Shown one piece after another: positions 18,032 to 27,559 of a DNA stretch of 64,000 bases. Both the position numbers and the translations under genes were made by a program. This DNA comes from Bacteroidia bacterium (lineage in GTDB: Bacteria > Bacteroidota > Bacteroidia > B-17B0 > Aurantibacillaceae): positions 213,702 through 277,701 of the forward strand of contig CAXVYS010000009.1 in the NCBI GenBank assembly GCA_963422675.2. Reading direction: 5' to 3'. Every line of letters begins with the position of its first letter. Positions within the stretch are counted from its first letter, which is position 1. Under the pieces are notes generated by a model. It was given only the letters and a program-made list of their open reading frames with translations, was not told where the DNA came from and made no database searches.

Positions 18032-19003
18032 ATGAAAAATCAAGCATTTAACCCGTTTTTGTATTATAGCGAACAGTTGCAGCATTTACTGTTCAGGGCC
18101 GCCAGCCAAAAAAATCCGGCTTTATGGTTATACAAAAACGGTGCACGAACTCCTTTGTTTATGCTGGAAGCGTTAACACGTTTACACAATAAGGCTTTTG
18201 ATGAAAAATTGTTTGATAAATGGAACAAACGGTTTAAAAAACTGGAAGATCTGTTTGGGCAAATTGATCTGTATGCGGTTATGGAAACTGATCTTAAAAA
18301 GAATAAAAAAGTATCAAAGGAAATTATAAAATATTTTACAGTAACTGCTGCAAATTATACGGAGAAATGTAATCAACGGTTAAGGGAAAAAGAATGGCTG
18401 AATGAAAAAATGAAATCGTTTGATTATAAGTTAAGCGAGTTTTCGGTAGAGTATAATAAGGAATATGAAGAGGCTTTAAAATTTGCCATAGAAGAAGAGA
18501 TTGACGCGATTTTAAATTTTAGTTTAAAATATAATTTTCAGTTTACCAAGGCCGAAGAACAAGTACATGAATTAAGGCGTAAGCTGCGTTGGATAAGCAT
18601 ATATGCGCAAGCTTTACAGGGCTTGGTACAATTAAAAAAAGCCCCCAAAAAACAAAAATTTGAATTGAATTATTTCACTAAAACCAATTTAGCATCACCT
18701 TATAATAAACTACCTGCAAAACCTAAAAATGTTTCGGTGATTGAATTTGATCATGATAAATTTTTTGCGTTGAGCTGGGTAATTGAGGAATTAGGAATTT
18801 TAAAAGATAAGGCCTTAAATGTATTGTTCTTAAAAGATGCTTTATTTATTTCGGAAAACATTTCGGATATGGAGGCAAAAGAGCAGGCAATAACGTTGTT
18901 AGGCTATAAAAAAACGATAGATACAGATATTTTAAAAGAGGCTTCCGGTATACTTAAAACGGCAATTGTTAAGGATAAGATATTGGATCATCTCATCGTA
19001 TAA
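18032..19003 (+). CDS. Hypothetical all-helical protein (possible divergent CHAD-like domain)
   Basis: Long ORF with coding-like composition and no signal peptide. The VHELRRKLRWISIYAQAL motif resembles the H-x2-R-x3-R-R/K-x-R-Y signatures of CHAD domains. This is a weak assignment. Confidence 0.45.
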   Translation: MKNQAFNPFLYYSEQLQHLLFRAASQKNPALWLYKNGARTPLFMLEALTRLHNKAFDEKLFDKWNKRFKKLEDLFGQIDLYAVMETDLKKNKKVSKEIIKYFTVTAANYTEKCNQRLREKEWLNEKMKSFDYKLSEFSVEYNKEYEEALKFAIEEEIDAILNFSLKYNFQFTKAEEQVHELRRKLRWISIYAQALQGLVQLKKAPKKQKFELNYFTKTNLASPYNKLPAKPKNVSVIEFDHDKFFALSWVIEELGILKDKALNVLFLKDALFISENISDMEAKEQAITLLGYKKTIDTDILKEASGILKTAIVKDKILDHLIV

Positions 19004-19014
19004 AGGGAATAGAA

Positions 19015-22000
19015 TTACCGCATAATTACCAATTTCCCAAACCCTTTTTTAAAGTAAGAATCTGCTTCAGTTTGCCTTTTCTCTATCGCCTGGCCGTTGT
19101 AGCGTGTTATTACTCTATACAGGTAAACGCCGTTTGCCAGTTTATCTCCAAAGTCATCTTTTCCATCCCAGGCATAATCGGTAATATTTCTTCCGATGCG
19201 GATATTGCCCATTTCATTTTTGGTGATCTCTCTTACTACTTTTCCGGTAATGGTCATAATCTGTATAATAAATACATCAGGCATCTCACTTCCGGTTAAT
19301 GTAAATACAAAGCGTGTAGAGGTACTGAAGGGATTTGGGTAATTTAATACTTCCGTAATGGTTTGTTTGTTAATGATCTCAAACTGGATATTGTAATCCA
19401 TATCACCCGATACGTTCCGGGCTCTGTCTTTGGCCTGTACAATAAGTTTGTATTTTCCATCCATGGCAAACTCCGGTTTCCACTCTATTTTACAGGAATT
19501 ATTAGGAAGCAGTGCCGGTGTAAACAGGAGCGCATTACTAAAGAAAATTCTTTTTTCAGAAGCCTGGTCGGGATACTTTATAAAAACAGCAAAGTCGGAG
19601 GTATCATTTAATGCAAGAAACCTGTTTTCGTCTTTTAAACTCACTAAAATATGAGGTTTGGAGGAAACAATGTCTCCATTTAAAATATGATTACCATCAA
19701 ATGTTACATCCAGTAAAGGATTTATATTGTCGGTAGTTACTTTAAAAGGAAGGCGGGCAATGTTATTAAAGTGGTACTGCTCTTTTTGATATTTTGCATT
19801 AACGGGTGGGTTTACATCAATCCATAAATAATTTTGACCCGGATATTGGTAGCTGTTAAAATTAATGGTATCAATGATTACCTGTGCCGGTAAAAAATTA
19901 TTTTGTTTTAATTTTTGCGGTAAAAAATGTTTGATCCTATCCTTGTCTTCTACCCAATAGGTTACTACCAAACTATCGTTAAATGTTTTTACACCAATGT
20001 TCTCTATAGGAATATTAACTACCAGTTTATCTCCTTCCTGCAACGTATCCTTTGACAGTACAAAGCCTTTCTTAGGATTGATAGCACATTCGGGAGCTTC
20101 ATCGTACAGTACCTGCCATTTTTTAAGCTGAGCGGGGGTCTTATAAATGTCATCTCTCATTAAGGCTATTAGCTGCATATACGGATAGGCTTGCGCATCG
20201 GCGTAAGTATCTAAATTATATACATCCGTCATATTTGAGGTAAAGGTGGCAACGGTATCTCTCGTGCCATTCGCTTTAATTCCTACTACCTTTAAAACAA
20301 TGGTGTCCTTATTAGGAAGTTCAACGGGTACCTGTTTCCAATGCAGGCTGTTCCATTTTATGGCCGGGCCAATAATTTCTGAGGCTACGTATCCATTGCT
20401 CCAATTGGTTTTTATAGAATCATTTAATATAATAATATCATTATGATGTGTGGCAACTTCTTCATGTGCCTGACCGATAGCGTTTCCTTTTTTTCCAAAA
20501 ATGGCAATCGTTAAGCTGTCGTTAACCGTTCGGATATTAGCGCTTCCTAAGCTTTCAAAGGCAGTGTACAGTGCGTTACTATAAGAGGTGGCATGATGAT
20601 TTTGTGCGGAGTAGGCTAAAACTTTTGTGTTTGGAGGGAGCCCGTTTAGTAAGACTAATAAATCATTTTGCCAGGTGTTTGGGAAACCACAATAATTATT
20701 GATCCCAAAATCAAATGCATATAAGGGCCTTGTGCCGTCGCAGTGACAGTTGCCATAAGGCCCCGGGCCTGGATTTGGTGCATTGGCCGAAATACTTTGG
20801 CGCGGCATAGCACTCGTAGAATCAAAAATAACAATTGTCCAACCATCGTTGGCACAATTCCAAACGTGTAATTGTGAACCGTTAAGGGAATACATGATTT
20901 GATCCCAGCCTATCGCGGAAAGAAATCCTGTACGGCAGGTGATCGAAGAAACATCGTTCTCAAAATCGAATTTCCGTTGTGCTTTTTTATATTTTACAAA
21001 TTGATAAGTATCATTCTTAAATTGATGGAAGTGTGATTGCCCCCAACCTGCCTTGTTGTCGATAACTTGAAAAGAGCTTTCTCTCCATCGATAAGTGTCT
21101 GTTGAAAGTGTTGAGTCTTTTGAAATTCTCCAGAAATAAACGGTACTGTCTGCAAATGGTAAATTAACCGTCCATTCAATAACACCTCCTACGCTACTCA
21201 TCAATGTGGTGTTGATTGGGTTTAAAAACCGATCGTTCGTGTCGAGCTGAATTCTGTAATTGGTTAAAGGAGAAAATGGATCGGCGGTAGAAGCTTTTAA
21301 AGTGATTTGCGGAACTTTAGGGATAATGGCATATTTATAGGGATACACAGGAACCACGTCACCACCGGAAATAAAGAGATCCACCGTACCTATAGTTGAA
21401 TTATTGTTTTCAGATAGTTCAGAAATTTTATTGTAAGAATCAATATATACTTTAAAACTATTTAAGCCGATCCCTTTATCAAAATCCTTTAAAATATTAA
21501 ATTGTAAGGTATCAAGATTATAAGGTGCTTTAATTTGTTTCAGGTAAGTACTCGAATCACCGGTTGCAAAATAGCGTTCCACTCTTACTACAAATGTATC
21601 TCTGACAGCCTTTCCCAGGTTCCTGATTACTACATTAACCCCGATAGAGTCTATATAAGTTTGTGTATTAAAAAAAACACTGCTGTTGTTGATCTGGTAA
21701 TCGGGTTTGCTAAAGCCACTGAGTTTAACGGCAGGGTCACCCTGCAGGGTCATTTCCAGGGAAGTGATCTCTAAGAGCTGATCGTTGAGCACAGCGTTTT
21801 TATTACAGGTGTTTTTGATGGCGTCTCCAATTCCCTGATAGTATCTTTCGTAAGCCAATGATTTATAAAGAAGCGAAGAATAATTATTTAAAGGATATAC
21901 AATTCCGCTGGATGCGGATGCAATAAACCCAATACTTCCTTTTTCCTGAACCATCGTAAAGTTTTCACTGCTGCTGTTTGCTGCAATGGTGTGGATATCG

Positions 22001-24036
22001 CCCGAATAACAGGAGTTTGCAATAAACAGAGGATATTTATCTTTGTTATTATAGGCATTAGGATCGTCAATGGCCTGATCGAACCCACTCACAGAACCAT
22101 GTCCAAAAAAGGTAATGATGGAAGCACCGTAATCAATTAATCGTTTTACCGAATCGCTGATCGTAATTTGAATAGGAGCTGTTGTTGTTTTCTTAAAATT
22201 ATAAACGGTTCCTCCATAAAGTGTATCACAAATAGTTACCGAATAACTTTGCAGGTAACTTTGAAATAATTGTTGCTGATTAATATCGGTTCCTCCTGCA
22301 AAATGCAAAACATGTTTGTGCCAGTCGTCAGGCTCTGTTTTTGTTAAGCCCGCTTCATACGATTTTACTTTATCAAGGTAATTGTTTATTTGAGTATTTG
22401 TTTTACCCGAGATTCTGCCAACAGGAATAAAAGGTGTAGAAGAATTTGAGCCATGTAAGCCCGAAGTTAAAAGGTTGTCGGAAGGCGGGGTACCCATGGT
22501 TGGTAAATCGCAGGCATTCCAATAGGTTGCATTGGTTTTAACGTCCGCATTTTTGAGTGATTTCCCTAATAGAAGCAAATACTTTGGAGGAGTTGGTAAA
22601 CTATCACTTAAAAAATGACAGAAATTTTTAATAGCTAAAGGATTTTTTTTATTGCCATAGGCAAACTGATCATAGAGTTCATCTATATATGCCAGTATTA
22701 CATTATGTGAGCCACCACTAATGGTTTGCCTGTAAGCTTTGTAATCATTAGCCGATTGCTGTAAGCCTTTATGTGAAACAATCAAATAAGCAGAATCGGC
22801 CTGTGTACTTTTGTAATCAACAAAATAACCGGTTTGATTTACGGGAACCAGGGACGTGATAGAGTTGATGTTATTACTGGTTGTTATAAAACATTTTTTT
22901 TGCGTGGCGGAATTTGGAATAAGCGCTTTCACATTATTCCCGCTTGCAACTGTATAAATGTATTTGTGATTGGTGAGGTCATATAAAATAACAGAACCAC
23001 CTACAATAGATACGTTTTGCAGATCAAGAAATGTTTTTGAGGCAGTAGTACTGTTGTCGATATACATTAATTGCTCGGAACTGCCATAAAAATCAGGAAC
23101 CTGTGGGTATTTGAAATACAGGTAATGCAGGTTGGTTGAATTTGAGATGCTGCTGAATAAAGGATTATTTATACTGGATAATTTAATGAAGGAGTTGTTT
23201 TGTAAATGATCGGCGGTAATTTGTTTTTCGATATTAAATTGCTGGGAGCCTAAAAATAACGTGTCGGTTAACGTGATGTAATTTCCTGAATTATCATAAT
23301 ACTCTAGTTTTATCTGATGATCATATCCTCCGGTGATGTAGTTTTCGGAATTTCCGGAGAAAGATGCTTTTATGATTACGGGAAGGGAAGAAGACTGAAA
23401 CACCGAAAAGAAGGGTAAGGGCGTTTGTATAGAGGATCCTTGTACTAAGGCAGTACCATAGCCTTCAGCCACTGCATACCTTGGGTCTGATACAATATCA
23501 ATATACGTTTTGCCGAGCGAATAGGTTGAATTGGAAGTGTAAATCCTTTCATTGTAATAATAATTTGTTGCAGTATACCCTGAAAAATTGATATCCGTTT
23601 CGGGAATAAGTCGCTTGTTATTTATAGAGTTGTTCCAGGTTAAATACGCATAATTGGTATCGTTGAATAAAGCGAGGTAAGGATTAGGCAAGCGGCTAAT
23701 GTTAGTATACGCCAGTGAATCAAAACGTCCGTCATTTTTTTCGGCGTAAAATTCCAGGTAATCGCCCGTGTTAAATACATTATCGTTTTCGCCGGCAATC
23801 ATAATATGTTGCTCAACGCCTTTTATAAAAAGCTGAAAGTTTTTGGGATTAATAAAAATTAATGGAATACCTGAATTAACAAGTGTGAGAGAGTCTATGC
23901 GATACAGGCCTGTTTTAGGTATGTTAAGACGGTAATGTTTTTGAGAATAATTTATCCATTCGTTTCCATACTTCTGTGCCTGTACATGAAACAGGTAAAA
24001 TAGAAGAAAACATAAAATGAATAAACGTTTTATCAT
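19015..24036 (-). CDS. PorU-like type IX secretion C-terminal signal peptidase/sortase (C25 gingipain-family cysteine peptidase), unusually large at 1673 aa
   Basis: Signal peptide. The catalytic dyad context is FFGHGS (His codon 22099-22101, residue 646) and ANSCYSG (Cys codon 22009-22011, residue 676). The C-terminal beta-sandwich resembles a T9SS CTD (YPNPFSTSTRFVF...GVYLYRV). The start overlaps the upstream barrel gene through ATGA. Confidence 0.75.
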   Translation of the reverse strand: MIKRLFILCFLLFYLFHVQAQKYGNEWINYSQKHYRLNIPKTGLYRIDSLTLVNSGIPLIFINPKNFQLFIKGVEQHIMIAGENDNVFNTGDYLEFYAEKNDGRFDSLAYTNISRLPNPYLALFNDTNYAYLTWNNSINNKRLIPETDINFSGYTATNYYYNERIYTSNSTYSLGKTYIDIVSDPRYAVAEGYGTALVQGSSIQTPLPFFSVFQSSSLPVIIKASFSGNSENYITGGYDHQIKLEYYDNSGNYITLTDTLFLGSQQFNIEKQITADHLQNNSFIKLSSINNPLFSSISNSTNLHYLYFKYPQVPDFYGSSEQLMYIDNSTTASKTFLDLQNVSIVGGSVILYDLTNHKYIYTVASGNNVKALIPNSATQKKCFITTSNNINSITSLVPVNQTGYFVDYKSTQADSAYLIVSHKGLQQSANDYKAYRQTISGGSHNVILAYIDELYDQFAYGNKKNPLAIKNFCHFLSDSLPTPPKYLLLLGKSLKNADVKTNATYWNACDLPTMGTPPSDNLLTSGLHGSNSSTPFIPVGRISGKTNTQINNYLDKVKSYEAGLTKTEPDDWHKHVLHFAGGTDINQQQLFQSYLQSYSVTICDTLYGGTVYNFKKTTTAPIQITISDSVKRLIDYGASIITFFGHGSVSGFDQAIDDPNAYNNKDKYPLFIANSCYSGDIHTIAANSSSENFTMVQEKGSIGFIASASSGIVYPLNNYSSLLYKSLAYERYYQGIGDAIKNTCNKNAVLNDQLLEITSLEMTLQGDPAVKLSGFSKPDYQINNSSVFFNTQTYIDSIGVNVVIRNLGKAVRDTFVVRVERYFATGDSSTYLKQIKAPYNLDTLQFNILKDFDKGIGLNSFKVYIDSYNKISELSENNNSTIGTVDLFISGGDVVPVYPYKYAIIPKVPQITLKASTADPFSPLTNYRIQLDTNDRFLNPINTTLMSSVGGVIEWTVNLPFADSTVYFWRISKDSTLSTDTYRWRESSFQVIDNKAGWGQSHFHQFKNDTYQFVKYKKAQRKFDFENDVSSITCRTGFLSAIGWDQIMYSLNGSQLHVWNCANDGWTIVIFDSTSAMPRQSISANAPNPGPGPYGNCHCDGTRPLYAFDFGINNYCGFPNTWQNDLLVLLNGLPPNTKVLAYSAQNHHATSYSNALYTAFESLGSANIRTVNDSLTIAIFGKKGNAIGQAHEEVATHHNDIIILNDSIKTNWSNGYVASEIIGPAIKWNSLHWKQVPVELPNKDTIVLKVVGIKANGTRDTVATFTSNMTDVYNLDTYADAQAYPYMQLIALMRDDIYKTPAQLKKWQVLYDEAPECAINPKKGFVLSKDTLQEGDKLVVNIPIENIGVKTFNDSLVVTYWVEDKDRIKHFLPQKLKQNNFLPAQVIIDTINFNSYQYPGQNYLWIDVNPPVNAKYQKEQYHFNNIARLPFKVTTDNINPLLDVTFDGNHILNGDIVSSKPHILVSLKDENRFLALNDTSDFAVFIKYPDQASEKRIFFSNALLFTPALLPNNSCKIEWKPEFAMDGKYKLIVQAKDRARNVSGDMDYNIQFEIINKQTITEVLNYPNPFSTSTRFVFTLTGSEMPDVFIIQIMTITGKVVREITKNEMGNIRIGRNITDYAWDGKDDFGDKLANGVYLYRVITRYNGQAIEKRQTEADSYFKKGFGKLVIMR

Positions 24037-25169
24037 TTAATCAGTTTTTTATTAAGATCAATTTTTATGGTAAAAATATGAGAGTAAAGAGAAGTAGATA
24101 CATTACCAATATTTGTCATAGCATAATCCAGAGCAAAGACTTTGTATTTTAATCCTACCCCGATATTTGGTTGAACCGTTGTTATTTCATTTCCCAATAC
24201 ATTTTTAGATTGCTGAATATTACCAATACCCCCTCTTAAAAACACGGTGCCTTTATAGCCGGCCTCTAACCCAAAGGCAGGTTCCATACTCCATACATCT
24301 GTTTTTAAAACCGTATTCCTGCGCCCGTCAAAGGTATTGATGAGGTTTAATTCTCCTCCTAGGGAGATTTTATTTTGCCATACGAACCAGGTACGGCTTA
24401 CACCCAGTATTAATTTCGGGACGGTTACTTCTAAGGAATTACTGGGGATTTCGTTGCCTGTTACAGCAAATGTCTTTTTTACATCATCCGATAAATTATA
24501 ACTCCATGCATTAAATGTTCCCGTAATATCACGACCCATAGCGGCGAAGCGCCATTTTTTATAATCATACATCGCACCAACATCAATTCCAAAGCCCCAT
24601 GCACCACCAAATTCTCCCAGTTTACGGCGAATGATTTTGGCATTTGCTCCGATTTTAATCCCTTTTAATTTAGGAATGCTTCTTGCGTAAGATAATAATA
24701 CGGCGGCATCCACGGCATTAAAGGATTTTAAACGAGAGTAATCAACATTGCCATTTGCATCAATTAATTCGGTTGTATTAGGGATGTTATCTACACCAAA
24801 GCGAATAAAGGTAATACCGGCAACGCTGTTACTGTCAATACGTTTAGAAAGCCCTACGAAGTCATATTTGGCAATACCTGCAAAGTATTCGGCATGCATT
24901 AAGCCTACCTGTACATTGCTTTTTTGTAATAATAAACCTGATGGATTCCAATAACCTGCCGTAACATCATTTACGGAAGCTACATTGGCATTTGCCATTG
25001 CAAGGGCACGCGCACCAACACCAACACTTAAAAACTCATTACTGTATTTCGCTATTTGAGCAAAACCAATAGATGAAATGAAAAATAATACCCCAAAAAC
25101 TAAGTGTTTCATGCTTATTGTATAATCTTTAAATTTACGGAAATTTTTCCTAAATAGATTGATTAACAA
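24033..25169 (-). CDS. PorV/PorQ-family outer-membrane beta-barrel (T9SS shuttle-like)
   Basis: Signal peptide (FFISSIGFAQ), an N-terminal GARALAMANANVA...DVTAGYWNPSGL motif typical of the PorV/PorQ family, alternating beta-strand pattern and a terminal aromatic-rich strand. The likely start is the ATG at 25112. Confidence 0.7.
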   Translation of the reverse strand: MLINLFRKNFRKFKDYTISMKHLVFGVLFFISSIGFAQIAKYSNEFLSVGVGARALAMANANVASVNDVTAGYWNPSGLLLQKSNVQVGLMHAEYFAGIAKYDFVGLSKRIDSNSVAGITFIRFGVDNIPNTTELIDANGNVDYSRLKSFNAVDAAVLLSYARSIPKLKGIKIGANAKIIRRKLGEFGGAWGFGIDVGAMYDYKKWRFAAMGRDITGTFNAWSYNLSDDVKKTFAVTGNEIPSNSLEVTVPKLILGVSRTWFVWQNKISLGGELNLINTFDGRRNTVLKTDVWSMEPAFGLEAGYKGTVFLRGGIGNIQQSKNVLGNEITTVQPNIGVGLKYKVFALDYAMTNIGNVSTSLYSHIFTIKIDLNKKLIK

Positions 25170-25175
25170 CGCAAT

Positions 25176-26108
25176 TTAACGCGGAATATTGTTAAAATCA
25201 GTCGCTATTTTTCGGGTATAAATGCGGGCTCCTTCATACAGCATATGGTAATTATCTTCGAAATAGTGTTTATTATAAATAATGCCGGAATCATCACTGT
25301 AATTAAATAAAGGCAGGTGATTTATAAAGGCGATGTTTTTGTATTGTTCAATAATGTGTTGCTTATTTAATACCTCTTTTTGAGCGCTTATGTACGCGGG
25401 TGACATCGTAAAGATTAATCGGGCAGAATTAGTTTTACAAAATAGAATAATAGAATCCAAATATTGCCGGGTTTCTTTACTGATATAGCCATAATACGTT
25501 TTGGTATTAAAATGATCGTAATGATCTATGACCGTATTCTTAAAAAAACCATTTGTATAAAATGCATCATACTTTCCTGATTTACCCAGCCAACCATTCA
25601 GTGCAGGATTTATACAGGGAATGCCCATATAGGGAAGTCCGTAAAAGGCATTGTATTTGAATTGCCTGAACCGGGGATCTATTTGTTTAAATTCCGAATA
25701 CAGCACTTGGTTAGACAAGTAAGGAAAATACCGGGGAAAGTTGAAAATGGTATCGGTACTTAAATGACTAATGTGAAAATCACATTCTAAAAAAATGGTT
25801 TTGGGAATTTTACTGTTCACAACATACGATTTTAAAACGGCATAAGCCATACGGGTGGTTGCTCCGGAAACCCCTGCGTTAAAGGTGTTTAAGCCTGTCA
25901 ATGAATCAAGTAGCCTAACATCGGTATGCATTTCAGCTCTTGAAGACCCTAAAATTAAGGTGTTGTAGCTGTTTTTTTTCAGAAATAAGGTATTGTATTT
26001 GTCATACACTCCCTGTGCGTTATGACGTAAACCGGCCAGCATAAACCATTGCAGGGCATAGGCCAAAATAATGACCAGTCCGGTATATATGATCCCTTTT
26101 TTTATCAA
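25176..26108 (-). CDS. Membrane-anchored SGNH/DltD/AlgJ-like putative O-acyltransferase partner protein
   Basis: One N-terminal TM helix, LILGSSR (block I Ser) and EDNYHM (DxxH block V). It lies immediately downstream of, and overlaps, the MBOAT gene. The apparent start is TTG. Confidence 0.55.
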   Translation of the reverse strand: MIKKGIIYTGLVIILAYALQWFMLAGLRHNAQGVYDKYNTLFLKKNSYNTLILGSSRAEMHTDVRLLDSLTGLNTFNAGVSGATTRMAYAVLKSYVVNSKIPKTIFLECDFHISHLSTDTIFNFPRYFPYLSNQVLYSEFKQIDPRFRQFKYNAFYGLPYMGIPCINPALNGWLGKSGKYDAFYTNGFFKNTVIDHYDHFNTKTYYGYISKETRQYLDSIILFCKTNSARLIFTMSPAYISAQKEVLNKQHIIEQYKNIAFINHLPLFNYSDDSGIIYNKHYFEDNYHMLYEGARIYTRKIATDFNNIPR

Positions 26109-27511
26109 AACTGAAAATAAATAAATTGGTTAGCCTTAAAATTCCCCAATATGAAAATACTTACTACTACTAAAATAAAAAAAGCAGGTTTGTAAAAAGA
26201 TTCAAATCCTTTGAAGCGATTAAGCATGGCATATTCTTCGTTTGCTTCTTTTAAAAATAAGATTAGGATAAATAATCCACAAAGTAACAGAAAGAAAGAA
26301 TTGCTTATCTGGGCCAATTCTGCCATTAAAAGCCCCGGATGAAACGCGGTGAAAATTTTCAGATAAATGTATTCGAGGTCGTTCATGTTGAGTGCCCTGA
26401 AAGCAATGAGCGATAAGGTGTGAAAGGTTATGAGATAAACCCACCCTAAAAAAGCAGGAGCTTTAAAATTCGGAAACTTCTTAAAAATGATTGTTTCAAT
26501 AATAAATACGATACCATGTAGCGCTCCCCATACCACAAAGGTAAAATTGGCGCCATGCCATAAACCACTGATCAAAAATACCAGGAAAATGTTCAGTAGC
26601 CAACGATTATAACTCACACGGTTTCCGCCTAAACCAATGTATAAATAATCTCTGAACCAGGTGGTAATACTAATGTGATTTCTGGTCCAGAATTCATGCA
26701 GCGATTTGGAAAACAAGGGTCTTCTCCAGTTTAAACTTAGGTTAATGCCAAATAATTTAGCTACACCTGTTGCTATATCAGAGTATCCACTAAAATCGGC
26801 ATACACCTGTACCACAAATAAAAAGCCGGTGAGTAAAAGCGTAGAGCCCGAATAATCGCGTACGTTATTAAATACAGGCGTTACAATAGACGATAAATTA
26901 TCGGCAATAACCATCTTTTTAAAAAATCCCCAAATGGTTAATTTCGCAAAAGCTTCCCAATTGATCGTTTTAAAATGCTGAACTATTTTTAACTGAGGCA
27001 TTAAGCTGTTATACCTTACAACAGGCCCTGCTACCATATGTGGGAAAAAGGAAACATATAGCAAGAAATCCGTTAATGTATCATCTGCTTTATATTTATT
27101 CCGGTAGACATCTATCGTATAGCTAATGGATTGAAAGGTGTAAAACGATAATCCTGCAGGAATAATAAGGGAATTAAGAAGCGAAGCCTGGGAGTTGAAA
27201 AGTGTGATACCTGTATTATAAAAGAAAATGAAATATTTGAAAATAAATAAAACGCCAATGTTTGAAACAAGGCTGATAACTAAAAATAGTTTCCTGGCCT
27301 TATGGTTCTCCGAATTGGAAATCAATTTCGCTAAATAATAATCAAGGCCTGAAGTACCTACCAGTAATAGTAAAAACCAGGGATTGTAGGAGAAGTAGAA
27401 ATAATAAGAGGCCGCTAACAAAAATAAATTTCGCCATGGCCCTTTTAACAGCCAGTAAGCCGCAAAAACACAGGGGAGAAACAGGATAAATATCAGGGAA
27501 TTAAATAACAT
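26105..27511 (-). CDS. MBOAT family O-acyltransferase (AlgI/DltB-like)
   Basis: Polytopic membrane protein of 468 aa with the conserved-His region SGLWHGANFTFVVWGALHG and a SYTIDVYR motif typical of AlgI/DltB. Confidence 0.85.
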   Translation of the reverse strand: MLFNSLIFILFLPCVFAAYWLLKGPWRNLFLLAASYYFYFSYNPWFLLLLVGTSGLDYYLAKLISNSENHKARKLFLVISLVSNIGVLFIFKYFIFFYNTGITLFNSQASLLNSLIIPAGLSFYTFQSISYTIDVYRNKYKADDTLTDFLLYVSFFPHMVAGPVVRYNSLMPQLKIVQHFKTINWEAFAKLTIWGFFKKMVIADNLSSIVTPVFNNVRDYSGSTLLLTGFLFVVQVYADFSGYSDIATGVAKLFGINLSLNWRRPLFSKSLHEFWTRNHISITTWFRDYLYIGLGGNRVSYNRWLLNIFLVFLISGLWHGANFTFVVWGALHGIVFIIETIIFKKFPNFKAPAFLGWVYLITFHTLSLIAFRALNMNDLEYIYLKIFTAFHPGLLMAELAQISNSFFLLLCGLFILILFLKEANEEYAMLNRFKGFESFYKPAFFILVVVSIFILGNFKANQFIYFQF

Positions 27512-27559
27512 TTTTTGTAAATATACAAACGATTTAATTTATATATATTTACGCTGTAA

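Noticed and set aside
27514-27529. 16-nt palindrome TTTGTAAATATACAAA in the MBOAT/pssA divergent spacer
   Set aside because: It is short and built from TTTG/CAAA, which is also the core of Bacteroidota promoter elements on both strands. It probably reflects back-to-back promoters rather than a dedicated operator. It is mentioned under the fabH finding only for comparison.
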